Source: Felis catus
Taxonomy: Eukaryota
Direction of reading: 5' to 3'
Assembly: GCF_018350175.1 (NCBI RefSeq)
Contig: NC_058368.1
Coordinates: 45,076,001 to 45,140,000, forward strand
Length of the DNA stretch: 64,000 nt
Shown: positions 26,010 through 38,782 of the stretch, one piece after another
Layout: each line of letters begins with the position of its first letter
Numbering within the stretch: position 1 is the first letter of the stretch
Made by a program: the position numbers and the translations under genes
Notes under the pieces: model-generated
Told to the model about the DNA's origin: nothing
Seen by the model: only the letters and a program-made list of their open reading frames with translations
The model's database searches: none

Positions 26010-26900
26010 TGTGATGATCTGCCTGGATGTCCCCTTCAGGGCCAACACATCAATTTCATTTGCTGCTAAAAATATCAGCAGCTAAATATTCACACCTGTG
26101 CCTCTCACTGGGTCTTGTCCCCCACCAGAGGGAAATGTCTCCCCAAGGTTACACCTCCTTCCAGAGGTCTGCCCATTGTCATTGACTGTAGGGGAGAACA
26201 AAAAGTTTTCCTCAACCCCCTGAGGGTCCCTGGCTGGGTTTGAACATCACAAGGAAATAGATCAATAAGAAAAGAGCATACAGATTTAATGGAATTTTTA
26301 CACATACATGGGTGTCTTCACAAAAGAATGAAAACCTGAAGAAGTGATCAGAGCATGAAGGTTTTATACATTTTGGACAAAGAAAGAATCAATTTGTGAA
26401 GCACTGACAAGACGGGGCTGGGGGGGTTGGGGGGTTGCACTAGTGGTAATAAAGGGTGAGGAAGTAACTGAGAAGGTATGGTTAGTTTAACAAAGTTTGC
26501 TTGTACAAATTACTCTGCCCCAAATCCCTTGTCTCTAGAGATAAGAATATCTTCCTTTCACTAGGTATCAGGAAGGTACTTTTCACATTGGTGATTTCTC
26601 TCCTGCTTTCAGAGAAGGAGGGTAAGTGTGGAGGGACATCAAAGTGGTCTTCCTGTTTTTCTGTTTTCTCAGACTCATTCAGCTTAAAATATTCTATATA
26701 CCAAGGTACCATATTTTTGGGTTGCATGTCCTGAGCCCCAACAACTGGCTGATATGAAAATATGAAGGCCTTATCTTCTTGCCTTAATTCGGGGTAATTA
26801 TGAAGGGCCATCCCAGCTTCATAGCACCTTGCAGAATTAGCTGCGGCCTTATTTACAAATACACTGTAAGTCTAGTTTCCTTTGGCCCAAAACTACCTAT
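26010..26900 (+). mobile_element. Old ERVL LTR (LTR16-like) split by a younger LTR
   Basis: CCCAAGGTTACACCTCCTTCC and GAAGGGCCATCCCAGCT motifs recalled from LTR16 on either side of the insert. Confidence 0.65.
26187..26743 (-). mobile_element. ERV1-class solo LTR (MER34-like/carnivore)
   Basis: TG...CA termini: TGTAGGGG...GAGCCCCAACA; the reverse complement starts TGTTGGGGCTCAGG. Confidence 0.7.
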
Positions 26901-27813
26901 CTTTCATGCCTTTTCTGTTGCTCTTTTTGGCATACTTGGAATTGGCATTTCCTTGTACACTTAGGTTGAAGCTGTGGGTGTAAATAGAGGAAGTAAGCAG
27001 TGGCTTTAATTTTAGGCATTCTTTACAGATGTTAGTCCTTAGCATCATCTGAGCTTACTAGAAGATACCTACATTCAGAGCTTGCCTAGATCAATAAATC
27101 CATTTATTTTTACTCTTTTGCCATTTATACTTCAATAGGCAGACCCACATAAGGGAACTGGGATCTCAAATGCCATCCTGAATTCTGAACATATATTAAT
27201 GAATTTATATAGACATAGACAAAGATAACTTTGGTATCTTCACATTCTTAAACATTTCAGAGTCTCTACTCTTTTAATGTTCAAATAAAATAAGTTCCAC
27301 ATATGTCTGGGAAAATCTGGGAAGTGTTTATATGGGTTACATTTTCTACAGAAGAATGAAGAATTTTGCTGCTGGAGCAGACACGAGAAAGAAATACCTT
27401 CTGCTTTGGGAATAGTGAATCGCAAAAAGAAACACATTAGATCCTTGAAGGAATGTAGAAAAATAAACAAAGTTTCACATTGGCTTTTATGCTTCAAAAC
27501 CTCAATTTACATCTCATGGGCAAACAGAAAACCACACTTTTATTTCAAATTCCAGAAAACTACAGCTTTTTTGTAGTATGGGCAAAATAATGCAATTTAA
27601 TTGTGGAAAAAAATTAAAACATAACTTTTAAGTTTAATTATATATAAAATTATTAAACTATATGAGTAATATTATTGATGAACTATCCCTAACTTCATTT
27701 TTGTTATATGTAAAAGGGGAAATATGCAAACTTTCTACATCTTATATTAAGCAATGGTTCAAAATAAGAAATAGGGAAATGTATGCAAAAGCATTTAAAA
27801 AATGTACAGCCTT

Positions 27814-27935
27814 CAGCGCCTGGGTGGCTCAATCAGTTAAGCATCCAACTATGATTTCGGATCAAGTCATGATCTCACCGTTCATGAGTTCAAGCCCTGC
27901 ATCAGGCTCTGTGCTGACAGCTCAGCCTGCTTGGG

Positions 27936-27984
<49 letters not shown>

Positions 27985-28071
27985 CTCCTCCTCCTCCTCT
28001 TTCTCTGCCCCTCCACTGCTAGCACTCTCTCTCTCTCTCAAATAAATAAATATATAAATAAACAAACATTT
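27814..28071 (+). mobile_element. Can-SINE with (CT)n(CCT)n expansion
   Basis: Head and tail present; flanks AAAAAATGTACAG(C/T)CTT. Confidence 0.9.
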
Positions 28072-28318
28072 AAAAAAATGTACAGTCTTATGAAAATTCA
28101 AAGTATTATTATTTTTATTGCTTCAAATATTTATTATTATTGACACTACTACCATTCCAAATAATTTAAAACCTGCTGCAAAAAATTGAAATGTCAGTTA
28201 CTTAAAAAAAGAAAAAAAATAAAAGACTTTATCCTTGAGGACAAAGATGGCCTTATTTCTCTTCATGGTCACTATGTATTACACCATGTATACAATACAT
28301 TAGTTCTTGGCTGGTTAT

Positions 28319-28762
28319 GGTATTCATCAGGGTTTTCCAGAAAATAAACCAATATAATATATATATGGATGAAGCATTGTTATAAGGAATTGACTCATGT
28401 GATTATGGAGGTTGATAAGTACCACAGTATGCTGTCTGAAAATTTCCTGGAGTCCCAGGAAATTCAGGCCTGTGAACCATTGGAGCTGATGGAGAACACC
28501 GGAAGATTAAATGAGGTCCCAGTTCAATAAGTGAGGCAGGAAAATAGGGATGAACCTCTCCTTCTTCCGCCTTTTATTCTATTCAGGCCCTAAGTGAATT
28601 GGAGGATGTAGAATCACATTGAGGAGAACAATCAACTTTACTGAGTCCATCAACTGAAATGCAAATTTCATGCAGAAACACCTTCACAACCACATTCAGA
28701 AACGATGTTTAATGTGGGCATCCATGTCTCAATCAAGTTGACATATAAAATTAACCATCACA
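28319..28762 (-). mobile_element. ERVL solo LTR (MLT2-like), complete
   Basis: Ends AAGTTGACATATAAAATTAACCATCACA; 5-bp TSD GTTAT at 28314-28318 and 28763-28767. Confidence 0.85.
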
Positions 28763-29899
28763 GTTATAATACTAACAAGTCAGGTAGATAGACGGATAGA
28801 TATTTATATAGAGATATAAGAATGATGTGATGTGAACAAAAAATATGATTTTAATATGTAATGCAGTAATATGTCTAGTGTATAATGATAAAGAAGTTAT
28901 ATAATTTTATTTTGAAGATTTTATAAATATTAGCAATTCTGAAATATTTTATGTGAATATATTGTTTTAAGGCTAATATGAAAATATGTAATATCTGTTT
29001 TTGCTTGCACTGCTACATTTAATATAGTGCTCTCAAGAGTATTTTAGATCTTTAATGCATTGCATTCTGTCTGACCACAGTGAGCACTGTGATTTATAAC
29101 ACATTTGAAAATGTATTTTAATTAGATAAACAGTGAATGACTGAAAGAACCAGATCAGGCTGCAGTATATTCTTTCATTTCTGTTAATGAAAATATAGGA
29201 ACCTAAAAATACTAAGGCTTTATAATCAACATTAAATCATATATATTGAATTTACATTGTATGATTAGGCATTAAATAAAATTTGCCTCTGTCTTATGAA
29301 GGCAGATTCTCACAACCAATGCATTTCCAGATGACAGTTTGAAACTTCGGAAATAAGTTTAATACCTTCAAGTCACTGACTCTTTGTATAGTATCCTGGT
29401 GTTCTAGTTAATGGAAATTTTAAATGTGTCTCAGGGTAAGATTTGGAAGACTCTATGACATCAATTTTTTAGCAGAAATATGTTGAGGGCCCCCATCATA
29501 TCTGGTGTTATACTAGATGTTGGGGACACACCAACTGGGAACAGTGTAATCATCTAAATAATACAATTTAAATTTATTAGATATTTGTCTACATATAGAG
29601 GAATATGCTGATGAATATCAGCATGGGGATAATTTAATTCATAATTGGTTTAGCCTAGTAAAGCATTCTGTGAAACAGTTAGGTTGATTTGATGTCTTTG
29701 GCCACAGAAAAAAATTCAGGTAATAGTACTGATCGCTTCCTAATGAAAACATTCCAAAGAACTTGGCTTTGCGTCTGTGAATGACAAATAATTGACCAGG
29801 AATATGACACAGTCTTGCTTGTTAACTGTAGATTGACAGCAGTCCAGATATTGCTGTTAAACTGTTCTTATCAGTGTTAACAGTGATTCTTAACTCTAC

Positions 29900-30320
29900 A
29901 CCAAGCAATTTGCCTAGTTTTCAGTATTTTTTCAACTCTCCCCAGACCAGCCTCCTGGTAACCTTCAGAGACCATTGAGGCAGTGGCCCAACACAAATGT
30001 TGGAGTCCCAGGTTCAAACAAGCCCTATTCTTAGACCCTGACATGCCAGCCCCAGGTAAGGGTATGGCTCATCCTCAGAGGTCTGAACTCTCTTCTGGCT
30101 GCTCTTCTCTAAGGTTCTAGGCTCTAATAAACCCCAACCTCTGTCCTTTCTTCACAAAACCCTAGAGACAGTAGCTACTTCCTGCAAATATAATTTCTGT
30201 TATGCCTGTTTTCCCTCTCTGCCTTTCTGTCTTTCAATTACTGTTTAATTTCTTATATTAATTTTCCAATTAAAATAATTAGTATGATATCTCTTTTCCT
30301 GTCTGGATCCCAACTGATAT
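29900..30320 (+). mobile_element. Old ERVL LTR remnant (LTR33/LTR41-like)
   Basis: 3' end TTAAAATAATTAGTATG...TTCCTGTCTGGATCCCAACTGATA from recall. Confidence 0.5.
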
Positions 30321-30596
30321 GGATTAACTAAAATTAGTTAAAAAACTGCTTTGAGGTTTTGAAATTAACTGTTGATGCAAAACACGATGGCAAATGTAGA
30401 TGTTCCAGACCAGGAGCAAACAAGAGTTTGAGATAAAAGAATATTCAATACCTTAAGGACAAATCTTTAAATAGATGTGCATCTTATTTAGTAGTTATCA
30501 TTCATCCTTTGTTGGAATTGAATTACAAAGAATATTGAACTCTGCTTATGGCAGTCACTGTGCAGGGTACTACATTTACAAAAGCAAACAATGCAT

Positions 30597-30783
30597 GGGG
30601 TGCCCGGTGGCTCAGTCAGTTAAACATCCAACTCTTGATTTTGGCTGAGGACATGATCTCACAGGTCATGGGATCGACCCCCCTTTCAGGCTCCATGTTG
30701 ACAAAGCCTGCCTGGGATTCTCCCACTCTCCCTCCCCCTTTCATGCTCTTTCTCTCAAAATAAATAAGCCTTAAAAAAAAAAA
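30597..30783 (+). mobile_element. Can-SINE (older)
   Basis: TSD AAA(A/G)GCAAACAATGCA. Confidence 0.9.
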
Positions 30784-31346
30784 AAAGGCAAACAATGCAG
30801 GATTCTTTACCTCAAAAAGCTAGTCCAAAGAGATACAGTTATATTCTAGCAGTATGTACACATTTATATATGGATATAGTATTTAAACACCATATAATAT
30901 TCAGAAATATCACAGAGAAGTTGGTGATTAACTGTGCCAGGTCGAGGAAAGGGGTTGGCTGCAGAAAAGGTAAAGCCCCAGACAAAGTAAATGAATCAGT
31001 GAAGTTCACTATCTTTATTGTGATCCTAGAAGCTTCAGTGAGTGGAAAGAAATTTGTCAAGTAGAAGAAAGGAAAAGAGCCTACTGGGAAGAGGGAAGTT
31101 TTAAACAATGTGCCATGTATGCAAATTAGTTGGGCATGAATGCAGGATATAGTGCCCCAGGAAGGGAAGAGTTGGGTCTAATTTGGATGTAGACAATTGA
31201 AAAAATTTAAAATTATTTTACAGATGATGAGGAAGAATTGAAGAATAAAAGTAGGGGAATAAAATAGTCACAATGTTAACTTTATGGAAAAGAAATGATA
31301 GAGGTGAGAAAAAGAAGTTTAAAAATTAGATCAAGAGTCCAGGTGA

Positions 31347-31530
31347 GTGGCTCAGTTGTTTGGTCATATGACCTAATTTCGGCTCAGGTCTAGAGTCAGG
31401 CTCTGTGCTGAAAGCATGGGGCCTGCTTAGGATTCTCTTTTCCTCTCTCTCTGTCCTTTCCCAGCTTGCACATACACACTCTCTTTTTCTCTCTCTCTCT
31501 CTTAAAATAAATAAATACACATAAAAAAAA
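31347..31530 (+). mobile_element. Can-SINE, 5'-clipped with internal deletion
   Basis: GTGGCTCAG...GGCTCAGGTC joined to ...AGGCTCTGTGCTG; flanking TCCAGGTGA on both sides. Confidence 0.85.
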
Positions 31531-31722
31531 TCCAGGTGAAAGATGAAACTGAGGTTAAGAAGGTACCAACATAGGTGGTGTGTGGAGGAGGGTGATTTAG
31601 AGAGGTATTTACTAGTCACTCATGGAAATGACTGTGTAAGTGGAGTGAAAGAGAAATGCCTGGGAGGCGTAGCAGGTCTCTGGTTTCAGTAAATGGTGTC
31701 ATCAGTCAAAGCAGGAAATTTA

Positions 31723-31939
31723 GGGGGCCTGGGTGGGTCAGTCATTTAAGCTTCTGGATCCTGATTTCAGACCAGGTCATGATCTCATGGTTCATGAGCC
31801 CCACGTCAGGCTCTACACTGCCAGTGCGGAACCTGCTTGGTATTCTCTCTCTCTCCCTCCTTCTCTCTCTCCCTGACCCTCCCCCACTAGCTCTCTCTCT
31901 CGCAATATACAAATAAATAAAAATTTTTTAAAAAATTAA
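31723..31939 (+). mobile_element. Can-SINE
   Basis: TSD AAAGCAGGAAATTTAG at 31708-31723 and 31940-31955. Confidence 0.9.
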
Positions 31940-32278
31940 AAAGCAGGAAATTTAGTGAGGAATTCTATCTTGGAGGAATGACAGCTAATTTTAGTATTCA
32001 GTGTGTTGTGTTAGTAGGTGCTGCGTCTCACATACAGAAACACTCTAGGCAATCACAAGCTGTTATGCATACATGGGTATGAAGTCTTGCAGCCTGGAAT
32101 ACAGACTTGGAAGTTAAATGTATATTCACGTGCACGTTAAACTAAACTACTAGATGAGGATTTCTAAGAGCACATATAGATCAAGAGAGGGTAGAATTAA
32201 GGATAGAAATCTGGGCAATCTCAATATTTAGCAAACTGCCAGTTCACTATACTATGCATTTAATTAACTATCTTTATT

Positions 32279-32479
32279 GGGGCGCCTGGGAGGCTCAGTT
32301 GGTTAAGTGTCCGACTTCAGCTCAGATCATGATCTCACGGGGTTCAAGCCCTGCATCAGGCTCTTTGCTGACAGCTCAGAGCCTGGAGCTTGCTTCAGAT
32401 TCTGTCTCAGGCTCTCTCTGCCCCTCCCCTGCTTGTGCTCTGTCTTTCTGTTTCTAAAATAAGTAAACATTAAAAATTT
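32279..32479 (+). mobile_element. Can-SINE (felid)
   Basis: GGGGCGCCTGGG head; TTAATTAACTAT flanks. Confidence 0.9.
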
Positions 32480-32969
32480 TTTAATTAACTATTTAATTAA
32501 CTAATTAATTATTTTTATAAAACTCAGAGTTAAAAGAATACTTGAGTAAATTGTGGCATACATATGTAATGCGTTTCTAGATAGAACTGAAAATAGAATT
32601 ATTTTGTAAGTGCCTTAATGTGATGTGTACACTACAAGAGTGAAAAATTAAGTTGGTCCAAACGGATTCCCAAACCACATATACGTGTAATTTCAATTAA
32701 AATACATAAATACCTATAGAGAAAAAATGACACTAAGATTTAGCATCATAATGTGATCTCTACATGTTAGGATTCTTGATGACTTTTCTTCTTTGTATAT
32801 ATATAAAATTTAAACCTCAAAAAATGTAGGTTTAAAATTTTATTTCAAATACTGTTGATGAGATTTAATAAAAATGTGACCTCAAATGGCATTATCAGCT
32901 AAGGGGTTACGTCTACAGAGAGCTGATAATATAAGAAAGGGGCTTCTCGAAAAATATATATGTAATGTA

Positions 32970-33640
32970 ATCATCTCTGTAGCCTTCACTTTGATCACCG
33001 TAGTCTAAACCACCAGCCTACCTGGTTGGGTGTTTGCCCTTACTGACTAACTAGTCTCCCTTCTTGTATTACTGTCCATGGCCACAGCCTGTTCTCCACA
33101 CAGCAGGCAGAATGGTATTTGAAAATTGTAATTCAGATTATGTTACTCCCAAGCACAAAACTGAAAGGCCTTATTTTGCATTATGACTCGATTCATAATT
33201 TGGCCCTCAACACCATCTCTGAACTTGACCCATAACACCCTACCACATGTGAGTCTCTTTTTAGGAATATTAGTCACTCTGTTGGTGTGAGTATTCCAAG
33301 TCCACTCTTATTCATGTCCCTTTGCTCATGATGTTCCTTCTTCCTCAAATTTATTTAGATCTCAGAATGATATTAGTCTCTCACAGATAACCTACCAGAG
33401 TACTTTGTCTTGAATGACAATTTCTTTTACTCAGTGCCCCCTCACCATGCTTCATTTGCCCATATAGACTTTAGCCACTGACACATTAATATATGAAGAA
33501 ATTTATGTGTTTTTACATATGTCATTTCTCCCTCATCAGAATGGGAACTCTGTGAGAAAGAGCTTGTCATGTTTACTAGTGAATTATCAGTCTTAAAAAA
33601 AGCAGGCTTTCCAATAAGTATTTGCTGACCAGTGAATGTG
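32970..33640 (+). mobile_element. LINE-2 3' fragment
   Basis: TTCTCCACACAGCAGGCAGAATG...TCAGATTATGTTACTCCC...AATAAGTATTTGCTG..TGAATG. Confidence 0.65.
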
Positions 33641-33742
33641 TATTTGTAGAAGTGCCTGAATAAGAGCTAGTCCTTTTCGAGAGTATAAGTATTTGCTAAA
33701 AAAAAATGCTCAGAAATTTACAATATAAAATTACAAATTGTT

Positions 33743-33941
33743 GGGGCATCTGGGTGGCTCAGTTGGTTATGTGTCTGACTCTTGATTTTGGCTCAGGTCA
33801 TGATCTCACAGTTCATGAGTTTGGGCCCCAGAAAGGGCTCTGTGCTGACAATGCAGAGCCTGCTTGGGATTATCTCTCTCCCTCTCTCTGCACCTCCCCC
33901 ACTCCTGTTCACTCTCTCTCAAAATAAATAAACTTAAAAAA
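33743..33941 (+). mobile_element. Can-SINE
   Basis: Head and tail present; imperfect TSD ATAAAATTAC...TTG. Confidence 0.9.
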
Positions 33942-34070
33942 ATAAAATTACCACTTGCTGTAAATGCCAAGAGATTAAATAATATTTTTCAATAAAAAAG
34001 TTACCTGTAGAACTTAAAAAAATTCATTCATGCATTTATCTTCCTTCTCACTGAAGACTTTGATTCATAT

Positions 34071-34289
34071 CTTTTTTTTTTTTTTTCAACGTTTATTTAT
34101 TTTTGGGACAGAGAGAGACAGAGCATGAACGGGGGAGGGTCAGAGAGAGAGAGAGACACAGAATCTGAAGCAGGCTCCAGGCTCCAAGCTGTCAGCACAG
34201 AGCCCCATGAGGGGCTCGAACTCACAGACTGCGAGATCATGACCTGAGCCGAAGTCGGCTGCTTAACTGACTAAGCCACCCGGGCGCTC
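34071..34289 (-). mobile_element. Felid SINE, apparently chimeric (older 5' part, young-type 3' part)
   Basis: See finding; flanking TGATTCAT at 34061-34068 and 34290-34297. Confidence 0.9.
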
Positions 34290-37200
34290 TGATTCATGAA
34301 ATCTGAGCTTGGTAGGAGGTTTTTTTTTTTTTTTTTTTATCATTTTATTTTATTTTGTTTTGTTTTTTGAAGTTTCATAGTTGAAATACTGGTGGTTAAC
34401 TTAGAAACTATTCATGAAATAATATTTTTTGACAGAAAAGAACACATGTTCAATTTTTTTAACTTAATAATTAATTTTAGCATTCGGGCTAGACTGTGCA
34501 AAGATGCACAATTAATTTTTAATTACAACTATCAGTAAAAATATGAAACTTTATAAAGTATTTATAATTGTGGACTCTGTTATCATATTGGAGAAATATT
34601 TCTGCGGATTTAGCATTATGTGTTTTGATTCATTTTATATTCATGGAAATTCATGCTATAGCATATTCATGGCACTTAACAATGAATTTTAATGAATAAT
34701 TAGAAATATGGATTCACAAGCATTCATTAAAAATGTGTGTCTATGTTGGAGTGTTATGAAAAGCAGCAACTGTCCAGGCTTAATGGCACATTTTTTTTTT
34801 TCAGATTTTAGTTCATTAAACTCTTTTCAAGATATCTTGTTAGCATAACAGAATAATTTTTTTAAGGTTGTGTTCAAGCTGCTTACACATAAATTCAAAC
34901 ATCACCACAGTAAATCCAGAGTCTCTTTTATGTGATAAAATATTAACACACACAAAGTCTATGTCATAATTAAACATTTTTGAGAGGAGAGGAAAATATA
35001 AATACTTTTTCTTAACCATATCATGTGACAGAAAGATCCGTTAACCTTGATTAGAAACAGCATAGAACTGGTTCAGATACTGGGAAAGTCAAAGTAAGCT
35101 CAGAACTGGTTTGTTTTGCTTTTTCTTCTCCTGTGAATGAATAGGGACACTCACACACTATATGGAGTGAAGTGAGGTTTCCACTCTCCAAGTGATGAGA
35201 TTTTTTACAGATAAATCCCTGTGAAGATATAGACACGGTAGAATTTTACAACACTGAAGAATTAAACTGATAGACAACACTGCTGAAATTTGATAAGTTC
35301 GTAAGTAGAAAGAGGATGGAATTGGATTGGGGTGAGTGAGGATTCAGGGCTTGGTCTAGATAGTCTTTACCTCATGATAGCCTAAAAAGAGAAAAAAACC
35401 CATGACCTTCCTTCCATCCCTTGCTCTTACAATTTCCATATCCAGGAAGAGACTGAAAATTCTATAAAAAAATAAATGGGTAAAAATGATCAGAAAACAA
35501 GTGAAAGCATATTTTCTATAGTCTCCAAGTCAGGTTAAGAAAAAGAAAACGTCTAGTAGGAATTTAGTCTGGATGGATGCTATGGTTAAGAGACAACATG
35601 TATTTCTTTTGTTAAAAAAAAAATATCCAAACTTGGATATAAGGCAAAAGGATGAACTAAATGTCTTTTCAATATCACACTGGAGCACTGTATTACAGGA
35701 CCACCCAGGGACTATTTAATTATCTAAGGAAAACACTCTTTTGCTTTTTGACTATCATTGACAGGAGCCTAGACTCTCTGCTGGTACATGTTTACTTGTA
35801 TATTTTTTCCCAATAAGACTGAAAATGGCTTCTGTTTAGTAGAGAGAATAACTCCAAAGTTTGTTTTTCACTCAGTAGGGTAGTAAATTGTTGTCTATAA
35901 CTTACCAAACTTAACTGTAGCATGTCTTCCTTGACTGACTTTGTAAATCTCCCTCAAATCCCCTTTCAACCAGCTTTACTCTCCTACTGATGTCCTCACC
36001 AGGTAAAACTTTCCTCTATATGCAGCCTATACTTGTAAATTTTGTATATTTTGACACTACCCATAGTAGTGAAAGGAAGATAATATTTCAGTAGGGTGAA
36101 CATTCTCTAGGTTTCTGTTGTAAGTGAAAATCTGAACAGAGAGCTGCATGCTTAATTTTCTTTATTTGGAGATACACTCTCATCTAGTTTTCCCCACCTG
36201 CCTTTATGGTCTGAATTTCTCCAAAAAGTAGCTTAAAAATCCCTCAAGTCTCTTGTTCTTTTAATATACATTCTAGAAAAACTAGAATTCTACATGAATC
36301 CAAACTTCTGCCCTTTGCATACATGTCTGTCTAGATGTAACTGCATGCTGTCATGTAGAAAAATGAGTAGACTAACGTCTGTATATATTCGTGGTTACCA
36401 AAATCAGTAAAATAGAAATCTTATTATGCTTCCTCTTTCAGTCTGCTCTCCATATTCTTAAAAATTCTCAGCAGGTGCCCTTATCTCCTACTCAAAGAAA
36501 GTAGGAACAATAGTCTAAGTATATTATCTACTTCTTGATATAAATATCTACAAGTATATAAATCTACCTGAATTTACCTGAAACTGCATTCTCCCTTTGA
36601 TGTTCAGTAGTAGATAAATGATTACTAATGTTAGGTTTCCACTAAACATACAGATTTAGGAATATATAATGAGAAATAGGTACATTTAAAAATAAAACAG
36701 GATGCAAGAATAGTAGGAGTATACTTTCTAAAAAGCTATATGGGAGTATTGAAAAGGATATAATATTTGAAAATACAAATTACTCAAAAAGTTTTTCTGT
36801 CTGTTGTAAAGTTTTTATTATTTTAATTTTCTTCTTCACATTTTAGGTGCTTCAAGTTGTAGCTCTCTGGATCCTTCAAAAGGTATTTTGCATCTACCCA
36901 GTTTGTGATTTTTTTTCTTAGAAAGATGTTACCGTGTTAAATCAGATTCTATGTAAAATATTCTGCTCTTCAGAAATACAATTTTTTCTCAGTTCAAGGT
37001 GGGCTTTTTTTTATTTGTTTGATTGCTGTGTTTCCTATTGTTTTTGTTGTTGTTTTAGTTTCACTGGAGGATAAATAAATTTTGCTAACCTTTTACACAG
37101 CAGTCCTAAGCAGCAAAGGAGTCAATCCCTGCTAAGTCACATTTTTCTTTCCCAGGGCCATTAAGCTCACTGTATATGAAATGTTTCCCTCTTATCATGT

Positions 37201-38039
37201 ATCTTAATTCAATGATCTGTGGCACATAGAGTCTATCCAAATTCATATAAGAGATAAGTCAAACCATCAGCTGAGACATTTACTTTTATAACCAAGCCAA
37301 CTTTCTCCCAGTGAATCATTTTTAGGTGATGACTTCTTAATTTTACATACAATTTGATATTTGGGACAAACATTATACGTGTGTACTAATTTGTGAAGCT
37401 TCCTCTGTATTCTGTCCTAGGCAGAGAAATTTTTATAAAGCAAGATAAGCTTGTAGGTAGGGTTTCAAATTATCCACATTCATGATTTAATAGATTTTCA
37501 TAGCGGCTAATATTTCCAGTGCATCTATCTCAACATGAGTTATACAAACAACATGAACACTTGGCAGGGTTTTTTATTTTAGGGTGTGATGTCTAAATGC
37601 GAGCAATAAATATTTTAGTGGTTAATGAATGCTTTAAGAATTAAAACATATATTTCAGTCTGAAATATAGCTACTCTAACTTCATCTAAATAATGTCATG
37701 TAAAAATAAATGAAACTAAATAGACTAACAATATTTTAAATCCACCAGTATTAATGGAATGGGAAAAAAATAAAAGAAGAAGAAAATTATTTGGAGAGTC
37801 AGCAAAGGAAAAATCTGCAGGCTTCCAGAGATTAAAGAGAATTGGGAAGCTATTGTGTCACCTTTCTTTCACTGAATTTAAATGACATATTTCTTCACAT
37901 GTACTGAATTTAAAGATGTGTTACAGAGTATAATATTAAAATAATAACAAATTTTATAAAAATGAGATTCAAGAAATTCTAAAATGCCTGACTTCTATGC
38001 GGAGTTATATATACTTTGAAATTCTTTTTTTCTTGTGAT

Positions 38040-38041
38040 AT

Positions 38042-38072
<31 letters not shown>

Positions 38073-38274
38073 TTATTTTTGAGAGAGAGAGACAGACAGA
38101 CAGAGACAGTGTGAGTCAGGGAGGAGCAGAGAAAGAGTGAGACAGAATCTGAAGCAGACTTCAGGCTCTGAGCTTTCAGCAAATAGCCTGATGTGAGGCT
38201 TGAACTCACAGATGGCGAGGTCATGACCTGAGCTGAAGTCTGATGTTTAACTGACTGATCCACCTAGGTGCCCC
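38040..38274 (-). mobile_element. Can-SINE (older) with (TAAA)n tail
   Basis: Reverse-complement head ...CACCTAGGTGCCCC; TTCTTGTGAT at 38030-38039 and 38278-38287. Confidence 0.9.
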
Positions 38275-38384
38275 ATCTTCTTGTGATTAGAGAAAAGACT
38301 GAACTTATTTTGTTAATTGATACAGCCAGCATTTATTAAGCACTCATTCTAAGTTGTTATATATTACAAAAACTGCATTATGAT

Positions 38385-38558
38385 AATGAAATGTGTAATA
38401 CATTGAAGATGCAAAACATTTCTAAACACAAATGAAAAATAACTTGACAATTAGAAATAGAAACTTACTAGGACATCTTAATTTTGAAATTTTAAAGATG
38501 TTTAGATGTTTTATTTAGAAACATTTTGCATCTTCAATGTATTATTATACATTTCATT
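38385..38558. repeat. Inverted repeat, ~42-45-bp arms with 87-bp spacer
   Basis: Perfect 21-bp core TAATACATTGAAGATGCAAAA (38396-38416) / TTTTGCATCTTCAATGTATTA (38524-38544), extended on both sides. Confidence 0.9.
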
Positions 38559-38559
38559 C

Positions 38560-38782
38560 AAAGAAAAAAAGAGACAAATAAAAAGCAGGTTCTTAAATAC
38601 AGAGAACAAACTGGTGTTTGCCAGAGCAATGGTGGGGATAGGGTGGGTGAATTAGATAAAGGGCATTAAGAGTACACTTTTCATGATGAGCACTAAGAAA
38701 TGTATAGAACTGTTGAATCATTATGCTGTAAACCTGAAACGAATATAGAACTAATGTTGATTATAATGCAGTAAGAAAAAAT
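38560..38782 (+). mobile_element. 5'-truncated L1 3'UTR fragment
   Basis: ACAGAGAACAAACTGGT...CATGATGAGCACT...ACCTGAAAC, similar to the 3'UTR at 16800-16990. Confidence 0.75.

Larger units (their letters stand above)
30500..32230 (-). mobile_element. Fragmented LINE-2 carrying three SINE insertions
   Basis: CATTCA... start and purine-rich L2-like segments between the SINEs. Confidence 0.5.

Noticed and set aside
27351..27575. ~74-codon stop-free frame after TTTTCTACAG
   Set aside because: No convincing donor and no recognisable peptide; plausible by chance in 64 kb x 6 frames.
29076..29091. CACAGTG-AG-CACTGTG, two V(D)J RSS-like heptamers
   Set aside because: No ACAAAAACC-like nonamer at 12 or 23 bp, wrong order for a signal joint, and no V/J segments nearby; a short palindrome.
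35051..35300. Exon-like signals on both strands (+ 35211-35300 ending at GTAAGT; - strand peptide EEKAKQTSSEL...)
   Set aside because: The + candidate has stops in all three frames; the - peptide is unrecognised and has a weak acceptor.
35690..36030. Possible ancient LTR remnants here and near 2200-2720 and 5850-6200
   Set aside because: Only a vague resemblance from memory; cannot support family or boundaries without a Dfam search.
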